Source: a virus
IMG/VR virus record: IMGVR_UViG_3300015202_000004
Span: 83,943-147,942 of that record
Length of the DNA: 64,000 nucleotides
Strand: one strand, 5' to 3'
The notes beneath the pieces were generated by a model. It searched no databases. It was not told the origin of the DNA and saw only the letters and a program-made list of their open reading frames with translations. Shown here in pieces: positions 20,302 through 31,072 of this stretch. The translations under genes were made by a program, and so were the position numbers. Position 1 is the stretch's first letter, and every line of letters begins with the position of its first letter.

Positions 20302-21332
20302 ATATTGTGCTTCTCTAGGTCTTTCAATTATTCCCTGACCGGGAAAGACTCTATTCATGTCAGGCCAGATGTTTCCTAATTAAGAAGCTTGGAAAACTAT
20401 TCAAATATATTGTATGCTATTTACACGTTTTTGTCAATACTAGGTGTGAAATCCAAACAATTTAAGTCCTAGTAGCAAAGCCACAACCCACGGAACAAAG
20501 CTTCCACCACGAGCAACTATTGGTCCGGGGCTATTAAAACCCAGAATAAGTAGCCAGGCGACCATGAATATAATGTATAGTAATTTGATAATTTCCATTA
20601 GATATAATTCTTTCAAAGATATATATTCGTCATACCCTGATTTTTGTGAAATTAAACACGTTTTTCTTTTATTTTGACTTTATGTATTCCGCGATAATGT
20701 ACTGTAGCCATACCATAAGTATTTTCTCGGCAAGGAATGACTCCTATATATTCTGGTTTATCTAATGCATAGAAAATACTTTTTGCCACTAAAGGTTCTA
20801 TGAAAACTTTATCTTTAAATTCAGAATTAGAAAAATGCAAATTATACGTTTTTTGATTCATAAGTAGCGTACTTATGCCACGCTTAGGAATTTTTTTGTT
20901 AGCAATTTCATTTAATATTTGGTCAATATTTTCTGGCAAATGCAAATTAGAAGATACCAATTTATTTTCTTTTTCTCCGTTGGTACTAAGAGTGCATTCT
21001 ATAACTTTTATAATTAACCTTGTCAAATTTCTTTTTTTAACTTCTTTATTTTTGCTAAAAACGAAATCGTCAGACATGGGGATTAAAAAATCTTGACCTT
21101 CTAAAATATGGCTTATGTGAATACCTTCGGAAGGAACGTACATATTTACACGAGATACGTAAGTCACCAAAGATTCTATGTGTTTTTCATATCTTGCTAA
21201 TTCGTTATCATGAATTAAGTCTATATGAAAAACACGTTTTGCTAATTCATGTTCTTTTACAATCATTTTGTCCCTACCCAGATTCGAACCAGGTTTTTAT
21301 TTTACAAATTAATCGAAATGATTACTTAAAAT

Positions 21333-21409
21333 TGGAGCGGCTAGCTGGGCTCGAACCAGCAACTTAGAGTTTAGGAAACTCTTGCTCTATCCTTTTGAAC
21401 TACAGCCGC
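21333..21409 (-). tRNA. tRNA-Arg(CCT)
   Basis: AGAGT-TTCCTAA-ACTCT, CCA. Confidence 0.9.
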
Positions 21410-21577
21410 ATTATGCTATAGGGACATAAAACTGGGCAGGTGGGTAACGCTCACCACTGATTGTATTGAAACAATCTTCACTATGTTGATAATCACCAGA
21501 TGCCACCATATAATGGGGTGACCGAGAAGAATCGAACTTCCCTTATCCTCTGCCCAACAGATAAGTATTATACTCGA

Positions 21578-21910
21578 TTAAAGTAGTTCTGTCAAGAACT
21601 CCTCGTAATAAGTATACGAGCCATCCTTGATTTGAGAATAAATCTCATTAAGCTCTATGTGCGTCGGATTATAACGTGTATTATTACAACGTGTATGTGC
21701 GAGGCGTAGATTCTCCAAAACTTTCTTGCCACCGTCCGAGTAGGGGATTACGTGGTCCAAGCTATAATCACCGTTTAAATTGCGATTACAGAGCCAACAC
21801 TTATCCCCGTCACGTTCAAGAATCTTATTGATTTGATTTTGACGATGGCGATGCTTTTTTGCCCGATTTAAATTAACGTCTCGTGATTCAACCTGGAGTG
21901 AATTCATCAT
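21578..21910 (-). CDS. HNH endonuclease
   Basis: RDGDKCWLC..SLDHVIP..GG..NLRLAHTRCN. Confidence 0.85.
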   Translation of the reverse strand: MMNSLQVESRDVNLNRAKKHRHRQNQINKILERDGDKCWLCNRNLNGDYSLDHVIPYSDGGKKVLENLRLAHTRCNNTRYNPTHIELNEIYSQIKDGSYTYYEEFLTELL

Positions 21911-21956
21911 CTTACCATTCTTATATTAGATAATTTATTACTTGTCATAGGAATCT

Positions 21957-22652
21957 TTAGCAATAAGAATAACTCTTAAGTTCTTTTTTCAGCTTGCGCT
22001 TGGCGCTCCTATAAATTTTCTCTGGATTCGGCTCGTTGAAGTCCTCTCGGATTTCAGAGTCTTTGAAAGTACTTGCCGTGATATAACCCGATTTCAATTC
22101 AAAAACTTCCCGTTCGATGAGCGTCAATTTCTCAAGCGCTTGTGTAATTGTAGGAGAAATTAGATTACGCTCAACTGTGTCGTAAGTATAATCGCGATTT
22201 GGCTCGATAGTCTTTAAATCTTTGCTCTTACCATCTGGGTGATTAACGTCCAAGGAAGATTCTTTCAAAATATTCCCGACTTGTTCTATCATTTTTTCTT
22301 TATTAGCTACGTTGTATTTATAGGCTCTGACAATATGAGTTGGGACATGAACCGGAAAAGTCGTACAATATCTTTCGAACATTTTAGTTTTCATCCAGAG
22401 AGTGGCATACGTCAAAGGATGAACATCTTTGTCAAAATCAAATTTTTTAACAGCTACAATAAAACCAATATTGCACTCTTGTACTAAATCTTCAAATTCA
22501 ACACGCTTACTGAAAACCTTATGTTCTCTTCCAGCCATTTTATGAAAGTATGGCTGGTTAATCTGAAGTAATTGAGATAAGTATTTATTATTACCTGTTG
22601 CGTGATACAACCAAACTAAATTTTGTTGAAATTCCTTGGAATACTTTTTCAT
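21957..22652 (-). CDS. sigma70-family phage sigma factor
   Basis: FEDLVQECNIGFIVAVKKFD..TYATLW (region 2); LTLIEREVFEL (region 4). Confidence 0.8.
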   Translation of the reverse strand: MKKYSKEFQQNLVWLYHATGNNKYLSQLLQINQPYFHKMAGREHKVFSKRVEFEDLVQECNIGFIVAVKKFDFDKDVHPLTYATLWMKTKMFERYCTTFPVHVPTHIVRAYKYNVANKEKMIEQVGNILKESSLDVNHPDGKSKDLKTIEPNRDYTYDTVERNLISPTITQALEKLTLIEREVFELKSGYITASTFKDSEIREDFNEPNPEKIYRSAKRKLKKELKSYSYC

Positions 22653-22757
22653 TACTCATTCTTGGGCAAGCGTTAGTGAATAAATTAACTATATCACATA
22701 ATCAATTACCTGTCAAGATAAAGAAAAAGACCGCTTTTATAGCGGTCTTATTTAAAT

Positions 22758-22837
22758 TGGTGTCCCAGGCAGGACTCGAACCTGCATCTATTCCATTATG
22801 CGCTAAACTGCTTAGAAGGCAGTGCCATTACTGGGAC
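22758..22837 (-). tRNA. tRNA-Arg(TCT)-like, D arm missing, expanded variable region
   Basis: GTCCCAG-TAATGGC-ACTGC-CTTCTAA-GCAGT-21 nt-GCAGG-TTCGAGT-CCTGC-CTGGGAC-ACCA. Confidence 0.65.
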
Positions 22838-22842
22838 ATATT

Positions 22843-22918
22843 TGGTGGGTTAGGCGAGGTTCGAACTCGCTGTTGTCGCGTTAAGAGCGCGATGCTACGC
22901 CAATTTAGCTTCTAACCC
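22843..22918 (-). tRNA. tRNA-Lys(CTT)
   Basis: TCGCG-CTCTTAA-CGCGA, CCA. Confidence 0.85.
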
Positions 22919-23206
22919 GATAAGTATATTTACAAAGAAAGTGAGCGCTCACCCTTAGACTCTGTTGCAACAGTTCCTATCTTCGCACCCTAATAACTCT
23001 GGGAGAGTTGGTCCAGACTTCACAGGACCTGTAAATGCATTATACTACATTTCATATAGTATGTCAAGGGTAAACTTATGTAATTTTTTGACACCTTACT
23101 ATGTAATTAATTCAGTATAATATTATGTCAATAGGTTCTTCGGCAGTAACCATGGTTAATTACTGCTGAAAGGCAAGCAAGGGCCAACTGTGGCCCTCCT
23201 GAGAGC

Positions 23207-24118
23207 TTATCTACCTGGGTGTAAGTCGTAATCTGCAAAACATTCATCATATCCCGATGCAATTGCCTTCGATGGTGGTTGACCATTAAGCATTTCGGAA
23301 AACGTCTTGTACCAATTGCCGACTCTAAATGGATGTTTAATTCTATCCATTACCAAGTGTTTCACATAATAGCGTCCACCAACTTGTTTTACTTCATCAT
23401 CCGCCATACCACGATTATAATAAAGCGTTGCTAAAAACTGTGCATCTGTTAATGACGTGTTGTTCAAACTGCGAGTATTTGTGCGAAGTTTTTCATCATC
23501 TTGCAAATGCTTTTTAGCTGCTGCTAAATTCCCAACCATGATTTTTGCCATATTTGCAACGGCCCATTCTGGTGTACAAGCTAATGTTGCCATTGTGTTT
23601 TTCCAAGTTGGAACCATAGTTTCTTCTTTAGGCTTAACAGGCATTCCAGGTTTTGCAGGTAGATATGTTCCAGCCATTTGACACATGCCCCAATCGGTAT
23701 GTTCAAAATTAGGAGTAGGATTATCATGACCCAAATTATGATTATAACAATTAGGGTCAAAACGTGACTCTTGCATAATGCAAGAAGCTAAATAGGTAGA
23801 ATCTAAATTATCATCATTAACCTTCTTAGCTTCTGATTCGATTAAATTAGCAACCTTAATTCTCGTTGCATCATCAATAGCATGGATTTCGGCGTTAACA
23901 ACGGTACCACCAATCAAGGGATACATAGCTTTATAAGCCGCATTGTAAGATTTGATAATATCTGCTAGTTGAATTTTCATAATTGGAGGTGTCCCTGGTG
24001 GAGCGTTAGGTGTAATCACTGGTGAAGGTTTAACCTTCGGTGGAAATAAAAATGCTATCAAAGCAATAATGCTCTGGAAAAAGTCTTTAAAATTAAATTT
24101 CATGAAAATAGCCCCCAT
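23207..24118 (-). CDS. lytic transglycosylase (SLT) domain protein
   Basis: IMQESRFDP, DWGMCQM, YYNRG; N-terminal hydrophobic segment. Confidence 0.7.
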   Translation of the reverse strand: MGAIFMKFNFKDFFQSIIALIAFLFPPKVKPSPVITPNAPPGTPPIMKIQLADIIKSYNAAYKAMYPLIGGTVVNAEIHAIDDATRIKVANLIESEAKKVNDDNLDSTYLASCIMQESRFDPNCYNHNLGHDNPTPNFEHTDWGMCQMAGTYLPAKPGMPVKPKEETMVPTWKNTMATLACTPEWAVANMAKIMVGNLAAAKKHLQDDEKLRTNTRSLNNTSLTDAQFLATLYYNRGMADDEVKQVGGRYYVKHLVMDRIKHPFRVGNWYKTFSEMLNGQPPSKAIASGYDECFADYDLHPGR

Positions 24119-24474
24119 ATTTACAATGATAGTCTACGAAGACTTGTTTTTTTATCCTAACCAGTTCATTATCATCCAAGTAGGTGGTTCAAAATCAACA
24201 TTGTTATCTTCACACCACTTTTTCATTTTAGAATCCCAGTTCTCTTTTTCTTCATCTGAAAGAATTGGAATTTTTACTAAAAATTGCGGATTATTTTCTT
24301 CCCACCTAGTTATACTATCTCGAATAACTAAGGCATTGCCTTTATCTTTACCAGTCATGTTGCAGCCAATATTTTGAATTTCCATATCTTCGCCTGCATC
24401 TTTTTCTTCATATTGCCATTGAGCAACTTTGATGACGCATCCATAACCTACAGAGTTATAAAGCTCGTATCCCA

Positions 24475-25125
24475 TTAGACTTTTACATCCATAGGATGTG
24501 CTGTTGGCCCTGCTGTCCAAGGACGACGAGGTTTTGCTAATCGAACCGCATCTGCAAGTCCTGGTGCCTGCATTAATTCAGCACGGAATTTATCATAATA
24601 TTTATGTAATTTTGGATTAGTAAATTTTGCCCAAGATTCATAATCATCATCCCACAAAAACTGACGCATAAAGGTGGCACTAATTGGATATTTTTCTCTT
24701 GCCACAATAATTTCAGTCATATGTTTAGTTGAATTTATTAAGGGTTCGGAAGCTTTAAACCAATTTTGGTTTTTAGGTTCAAAACCATAAATATAAACAT
24801 CAGGGCTTTTTCTAGTTATTTGTTTAACAGAATTCAGCACATGCTGTCCCCATTCGTTATTTACAGTCGAACCGTCTATATCAGATAAAGCACTAACCAT
24901 AACTTCATCACCAGGAAAAACACTTTTAATCATATTTTGCCTTGTTATAACAGAATATGGATTTTTAATAGTTCCATATTCTTGTGAAGAGCCAAGAAGA
25001 ATCAAAACTCTATCTGCAACGCTCAAAGCGGTGTTAACCAAATGTTCATGACCAATGTGAAAACTTTGCATTCTTCCAACAATTAAAGCTAGGTCAAAAG
25101 GTCTGGTTATTGTACGTGCTTCCAT
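24475..25125 (-). CDS. NMN adenylyltransferase (NadM-like)
   Basis: GRMQSFHIGH, GSSQE..KNPY, ISATFMR. Confidence 0.85.
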   Translation of the reverse strand: MEARTITRPFDLALIVGRMQSFHIGHEHLVNTALSVADRVLILLGSSQEYGTIKNPYSVITRQNMIKSVFPGDEVMVSALSDIDGSTVNNEWGQHVLNSVKQITRKSPDVYIYGFEPKNQNWFKASEPLINSTKHMTEIIVAREKYPISATFMRQFLWDDDYESWAKFTNPKLHKYYDKFRAELMQAPGLADAVRLAKPRRPWTAGPTAHPMDVKV

Positions 25126-25291
25126 GTTTTTAAATTTAAAACCTTTCTTATTGTGGTTGTACTTGCGTTAAACTTAGTGGCTAATGAATTTATATTATCG
25201 TGTGAAGAACAAATTATTCTAACTTTTTCTTCATCTAATTTACTACTGGAATATGCTATTTCTTTATTAAGAAAGCTTGAAACATCTTCAT

Positions 25292-26764
25292 TTAAATTAC
25301 CATGGTTTGCGCTTTTTCTTTAATCGTTGCGAATGTACGTTCGCGAATCTGCTCGAAAGTGTACGTCACTGGATTTGTTCCATTAAAGTATGTCGTTTCC
25401 AAAACGCTTGGCGCGTGGCATAGCGGGTCATCAAGATTCAAACGGTCGATTGTTGTGTAGCCATCATTTCGACCAGTGAAACCATTTTTGTCTTCCACAA
25501 GGTCAAGGTCGCCGCCGCGTGACTTCTTACCTGGGTCAGTGATAGGGTCCTTCTGAATTGGGACGTAGATACCATTAATTTTTGCAAGGCAAAGCTTCGT
25601 TGCCCAGCGATAGGTATCGCGGTTTACCTTTTGGTGAAGACCACCACCTGTACCGAAGGCCACGTTATCTAGAGCAAAGCCTGCGGCCATAACTGCCTTA
25701 CAAATCTTTTCAATTAGAATTACGTCGTTACCGTCACCATTGATTACTGCAACATGGTTTAAAACCTTGTAACCCTTACCATTGACCGTTACGCCAAAGC
25801 TCTTTTCAAGAGATTGTAGAATCATTACTACATTGACTACCGCGTCTCCGCTATCAGGACGCAGGACAAATAATTTGCCTGAATCAATAATATCCTGCTT
25901 GTATTGAACGCCAATGATATTGTTCACAAAGTTCATCATATCGTAGGAATCAATAACATTCGCAACCAGTGGAGCGCCTGGGAAACGTGTCAACGATTTG
26001 TTAACGATAAGATGCTCAAGCGCCTTACCATGTGCCGTTGTCACACTGTGTTCCGAGGCCGGGATTGAAAAGGCAGGCATACCGGAGTATCCATACATTT
26101 TCTTCGCATAGGCGATACCTTCAACCGTATCACTACCACCAGAGATTAACGTGTGAACTGCACCACCGATTGCCGCCGATTCGCTACTCGTTGAACCTCG
26201 GGCACCGAAGTCGTGGTTACGCGAAGGGTAAAGAGCGTCGGGCGCATCCGAAGTGAGCAACAGGTATTTGTAAATTATTGTGGCAATTTCCATATCGTTC
26301 GTTGCGAACGATGCACCATACCACGAAGCGCGAAGCTGCATGGTTTCAAGGAAGGAAGTCATCCAGAACAAACGTTCGTCTGTTGAGCGTACAGTAGCCA
26401 TTACATTGTGGCTAGGGACCGTTAGACCTTCGGGTACAGAGCGAATAAGTGCCGGAATCTTACCGTCGTACTTTTCAATCATGTACTTAATATCTTCGTA
26501 GGGGAAAATGTCCGCGCCTAGGAAGTGTTCTTTATAGAAGTCTCGTGCTTCTTCATTGTCCTCATGCGTAACAGTAATGTCGGCTAGTTCTTTAGCGAAC
26601 ATCTGGAAACCTAGCCAAGTAATATCTGCTTCGACTTTACCATTGCTAGCGTCTGTTCCGCGCGATTCCGTGTAGGTCATCAATTCGGTTACACCATCGG
26701 GGTACATGCGGGGGTGGGAAATCTTGTACGAATCTGTCCTGTACAAAGGGTTCATTCTAATCAT
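25292..26764 (-). CDS. nadV: nicotinamide phosphoribosyltransferase
   Basis: TDSYKISH, HDFGARG, PASEHS, DSYD, RPDSGD, KDPITDPGKKS. Confidence 0.92.
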   Translation of the reverse strand: MIRMNPLYRTDSYKISHPRMYPDGVTELMTYTESRGTDASNGKVEADITWLGFQMFAKELADITVTHEDNEEARDFYKEHFLGADIFPYEDIKYMIEKYDGKIPALIRSVPEGLTVPSHNVMATVRSTDERLFWMTSFLETMQLRASWYGASFATNDMEIATIIYKYLLLTSDAPDALYPSRNHDFGARGSTSSESAAIGGAVHTLISGGSDTVEGIAYAKKMYGYSGMPAFSIPASEHSVTTAHGKALEHLIVNKSLTRFPGAPLVANVIDSYDMMNFVNNIIGVQYKQDIIDSGKLFVLRPDSGDAVVNVVMILQSLEKSFGVTVNGKGYKVLNHVAVINGDGNDVILIEKICKAVMAAGFALDNVAFGTGGGLHQKVNRDTYRWATKLCLAKINGIYVPIQKDPITDPGKKSRGGDLDLVEDKNGFTGRNDGYTTIDRLNLDDPLCHAPSVLETTYFNGTNPVTYTFEQIRERTFATIKEKAQTMVI

Positions 26765-27605
26765 GTGATTTGTGTCCTTTTTTGTCTACTCTTTGATTAT
26801 AAACCAAAAAAGGACGAAAGTCAAGACCTAAGAAGCTAAATCGCCACCTGTTTTATTAGGTGATAATGCTTCTCAATTTTGCCCATCAAGGTTCCCATTT
26901 CTTTTTGCATATAAGTCTTTACAAAACCTTGGGCTTCTTCAAGGGTATTAAAAATTTCTTTCCCATCATCAAATACTATTTCGTCTGTATCCAAATCATG
27001 GAGTTTATGATGAAATGGCATTAAAAGAAATTCCTTGGCTAAATCTTGTTCAGTGATTGAAAGTTCTTCAACTCTTTGGATGGGAGCAAAGGTGATATGA
27101 GTTAGTTTAAAATTACGCCGTCTTGCTTTGCCTGTATTACAACCACTATTTCCTGTAACTGATGGTGCATTATCAAAAAAATTATTCTTAACGTCTTCTA
27201 TCAATTGGTCTTTTATATTATCTATATTTACATGATACAATATAGGCGAATCAGACATTCTTTGCGGGATTTTAATTTGATATTTTAAATTATAAGCATT
27301 TAAATCGAAAAGCATTCGTGGGAACTCCTATGATAAATTTTTTAGAGCAATGTTCCAGCCAGCATAACAGCACTAGTTATTGCCAAGCCAAAACCAACAA
27401 CAATACCTATGATAAAACCTTTTAAATCATGAGAGATTAAAGAGCCGATTCCAGCCGCGCCAAAAACGCACACATAGGTTAAGAGCCATAAAAAATTTGG
27501 TATACCAAACGTTTTACCTAATTTATCTAGCTTTGATTTTATCATATTATTTTATTTCTACAAAAGTAAAAGTCTCAAAACAAAGTAATGAGACTTTTCA
27601 AAAAT

Positions 27606-27680
27606 TGGAGCGGGTTGCGAGAATCGAACTCGCACCATCTGCTTGGAAGGCAGTTTTGCTACCACTAACAACAAACCCGC
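27606..27680 (-). tRNA. tRNA-Gly(TCC)
   Basis: Loop CTTCCAA, U73, CCA. Confidence 0.85.
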
Positions 27681-27736
27681 ATATTTATTTAGTTTTCATG
27701 ATTATTATAGCACAATTCGTTTAGTTTGTCAATACC

Positions 27737-28264
27737 TTAGCACTTACTAAATAATGCGTGTATACGATTACAAGGCGTAGGTGTCGGAGTAGCCTTCGGT
27801 GCTTGTCTTACTATATTTTTAGAAATGGTTGCATGAGCGAAAGAATGCTGCTTTACTTTTAAGATTACCGATTTAGTTTGAACAGGAATTTGGACGCTTC
27901 CAGGAATTTTTACTAATCTTACAACGGTTTTATCTGAATCAGAATTTTTTACTGCTGTTTGAGCAGCATATACAGCATCATTTGCTTTAGAAGCCGCTTT
28001 ATCTGCACTAATACTAATAAATGATAATTTGTTTAAAATAATTTGTTGTTTATCAAACAAAGCGCTCATATTTTGAATGACTAAACCTTGACTTAAAGCT
28101 AAGGTATGTAAATCATTTAATTGTCTTTTTTGATTAGCAATCGTTAATCCAAAAAGACTACACAAAACGAGAAAAAATATTGCACCACCAGTTAAAAAAA
28201 ATACAATAAAAGTAGTTAATTTTTTCAAACTAATGTTTACATATTCTTCAGACCTTACATTCAT
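27737..28264 (-). CDS. membrane-anchored coiled-coil protein
   Basis: N-terminal TM helix, PT repeat. Confidence 0.5.
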   Translation of the reverse strand: MNVRSEEYVNISLKKLTTFIVFFLTGGAIFFLVLCSLFGLTIANQKRQLNDLHTLALSQGLVIQNMSALFDKQQIILNKLSFISISADKAASKANDAVYAAQTAVKNSDSDKTVVRLVKIPGSVQIPVQTKSVILKVKQHSFAHATISKNIVRQAPKATPTPTPCNRIHALFSKC

Positions 28265-28284
28265 TGTACAACCTTTATCTAAAT

Positions 28285-28358
28285 TGGTGCGATTGCCGAG
28301 AATCGAACTCGGGCTTCAACATTGGCAATGTCACAGGCTACCATTACATCACAATCGC
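28285..28358 (-). tRNA. tRNA-Gly(GCC)
   Basis: Loop TTGCCAA, CCA. Confidence 0.85.
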
Positions 28359-28625
28359 ATAAAAGTTACGCGGGGCTTTTTCGACTCTTTTCTTTAAACT
28401 TTGCAGCTTTCCAGAACATCAACATCTATTTGTATTTCAACAACAGGCCCTATTTATTCGGTAGAACTAACCATTAACCAGCGCGTAATTTATTAATGTA
28501 CAGGATTCGAACCTATGGTTCCCAATGTATTGCATTTCCAGATGCACACAAAGAATCTATCTGGTATCAACCTTAAACCAAGTTCTATAAATAGAACACC
28601 TCGGTCAACATTAAAATTTTAAAAT

Positions 28626-28700
28626 TGGTAGCCTATGAGGGAATCGAACCCTCGTTACTGATGTGAAAAACCAGTTTCCTAGCCGTTAGAAGAATAGGCC
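28626..28700 (-). tRNA. tRNA-Glu(TTC)
   Basis: CTGGT-TTTTCAC-ATCAG, CCA. Confidence 0.85.
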
Positions 28701-29021
28701 ATACGGTTAACTTATTAGTGCTTACGAGAGGCAGGTTCGTTAACCTATAAGTATTATATACGATTTAATTACTTTTGTCAAGCTTTTCACGAAGGTTTTG
28801 AAATACTTCTTCAACAGGTACTCTTTTACCTTGGGTCAAAGCATCAATGCCCTCTTGAAGGTATTGTGCTGCTTTATAATACATGCTGCATTCAACAGAA
28901 CAAAAGGCAGGACCTTCGTATCCTTCGGGCACTTCAATTACTTGAATCCCCCGTGATACATCTGGGTTTGACCAGTTGGAACGCTTTTCTTCACAACCTG
29001 GGCCTGAACAATGTTTATTCA

Positions 29022-29519
29022 TTAAAGTAACTTTAAACTTCCTGTAATAGGTTTAAGCAATGAATCCCAAGCAGGTCCAATTGCTACTGCGGTCTTTGTA
29101 GGAACGCCATTGAATTCTGTCTTACCCGAATCAGTAATCATCACGGCGATTAAATTAGCTTTTAGCGCATTTTCATAGACTTCGACTAATTCTTCTTCAG
29201 TCTCTACATAGACAGTTATTTTAGTAAACGCGCCTTCATCCCATGCTTCGAAAGCTTGAGAATTATCAGATAAAACAGGGGGATTATCAAAGTTGATTTC
29301 ACAATTGTAATCGTTTGAAGCCGACTTATATCCTAACAAAGAAGCATGGGCACCTTGACTCACAAGTTTACCCGTTCTTATCTTTTGCAGTTCGCCGTTT
29401 GCATTAGGATACTTATTACGCAATACAATTACTTGCTTGGCAACTTTGCCGTCAACTTCGATTGCTCGTAGCGGATGACCAGCAATTTCTTCTGCCTTTG
29501 TAATGTCCGAGTCTTTCAT
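29022..29519 (-). CDS. pth2: peptidyl-tRNA hydrolase type 2
   Basis: KQVIVLR, GKLVSQGAHAS, KITVYV, ITDSGKTEF..TAVAIGP..ITGSLKLL. Confidence 0.9.
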   Translation of the reverse strand: MKDSDITKAEEIAGHPLRAIEVDGKVAKQVIVLRNKYPNANGELQKIRTGKLVSQGAHASLLGYKSASNDYNCEINFDNPPVLSDNSQAFEAWDEGAFTKITVYVETEEELVEVYENALKANLIAVMITDSGKTEFNGVPTKTAVAIGPAWDSLLKPITGSLKLL

Positions 29520-29559
29520 AGTAATCATTATACCATGTAAAAGTGAAAAAAGCAATACT

Positions 29560-29636
29560 TGGTGGGCAAGGTGGGATTCGAACCCACAAAGACCTAACGT
29601 TCTTAGCGTTAGCGATATACCGTTCTCTACTTGCCC
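29560..29636 (-). tRNA. tRNA-Leu(AAG), short variable loop
   Basis: TAACG-CTAAGAA-CGTTA, A73, CCA. Confidence 0.65.
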
Positions 29637-30082
29637 AAATATCTCACTTCAACATTTGCTTCTTTAAGCAATTCAGTTGCTGTAATAAAATCTTGTCCCC
29701 ATTTAGGGTCATTCATATCAGGCATATAAGCTACTATTGTAGCAATGCCTGATTGAACAATTGCTCTAGCACAATCCATACAAGGAAACCAAGGAATGTA
29801 AATTGTACAACTTTCAAGACTCGTACCTAAACGAGCAGCCGCATAGATTGCGTTCCGCTCTGCGTGTTCGGTCCAGAGATATTTGGCTGGACGTTCATGA
29901 CGCGCTTCAAGTTCATCATTAACGCCACGCGGAAATCCATTATATCCAGTGGCTTTAATATCTTTTTGCGGGCTGACGATAACACACCCTACTTGACGAC
30001 TACGGTCTTTGCTCCAATTTGCTACGGTTGCAGCGATTTCCATAAAACGTGCATCCCATTTACTTGTTATTATTGTATTCAT
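29627..30082 (-). CDS. dCMP deaminase family protein
   Basis: TGYNGFPRG, HAERNA, PCMDCA. Confidence 0.9.
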   Translation of the reverse strand: MNTIITSKWDARFMEIAATVANWSKDRSRQVGCVIVSPQKDIKATGYNGFPRGVNDELEARHERPAKYLWTEHAERNAIYAAARLGTSLESCTIYIPWFPCMDCARAIVQSGIATIVAYMPDMNDPKWGQDFITATELLKEANVEVRYLGK

Positions 30083-30102
30083 TTGCTCTTCTTTGAAGAA
30101 AT

Positions 30103-30177
30103 TGGTCGGCTAGGCAGGAATCGGACCTGCTCTAGGTAGCTTATCAAGCTACTGCTTTCCCACTAAGCTACTAGCCG
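30103..30177 (-). tRNA. tRNA-Ile(GAT)
   Basis: GTAGC-TTGATAA-GCTAC; T loop TCCGATT. Confidence 0.8.
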
Positions 30178-30181
30178 TTAT

Positions 30182-30255
30182 TGGTCCCCGCACTAGGAAT
30201 CGAACCTAGGAATCTCGCTAATCGGGCGAGCGCAATACCATTTTGCAATACGGGG
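30182..30255 (-). tRNA. tRNA-Ile(GAT), atypical anticodon loop
   Basis: CTCGC-CCGATTA-GCGAG (C33, U37), CCA. Confidence 0.65.
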
Positions 30256-30918
30256 TTACTTTATACTAACTGGACAATACCTAGTTTAATTGCAGCGTTT
30301 ACTGCGTCATAAACTTCCCATGCTGATACGAATTGGTCTGGCATTAAATCACATAGTGATTCTGAAATGATTTCCGATTGTTGCTCTGCAATGTATATAT
30401 TTGGGTTCATTTTTTAAAATCTTTCAATTTACGTTTACCGATTGGTTCTTTTACTTCTTCGCTTCTAAGAATCGGTTTTACTGCCACAGTAAAGTTACCT
30501 TCATGATGTTTATAATTTTCACTGTAAGCATTCAATACTGCGATAGCTCGGTCGATTGCTTCTTTGGCCTCTTTGTCTTTTGCGCCGTAGGTAATCATCC
30601 CGAAAATTTGCTTTAAGTCTACCAATTTGAGCATGGTGACTGTCTTGGCATTTGCTTCTGCGAATTTTATTTGCATTCTACTACTATACTCTGATTTAAT
30701 TATTTTGTCAAGTTTTATTCATATACCAACGCCAAAAATTTGGAAACAATTTAAAAATCGCATGACTTATATTATGTTTCCAATCTGGAATCCAGGAGCC
30801 ATACTTGCACGTATTGCAATCCGGGTTCGTTACTTTATGATGGGAGCAAATTGAATAGTATCTTTCGGTAAGAGGCCATCTACCTCTTTTGTTTAAACTC
30901 ATTTTATACCTATTAAAT

Positions 30919-30992
30919 TGGTCACCCATGCGGGAATCGAACCCGCGTCAGAAGATAGACAATCTACTGTGTTACCATTACACCAATGAGCG
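30919..30992 (-). tRNA. tRNA-Asp(GTC), atypical
   Basis: Loop TTGTCTA (U37), A73, CCA. Confidence 0.65.
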
Positions 30993-30997
30993 TTATT

Positions 30998-31072
30998 TGG
31001 CGGTCCTGACGGATTCTGACACCGCAACCTTCCGCTCGACAGGCGGATGCTCTTCCTTTGAGCTACAGGACC
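30998..31072 (-). tRNA. tRNA-Asp(GTC)
   Basis: TCCGC-CTGTCGA-GCGGA, G73, irregular T arm. Confidence 0.7.
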
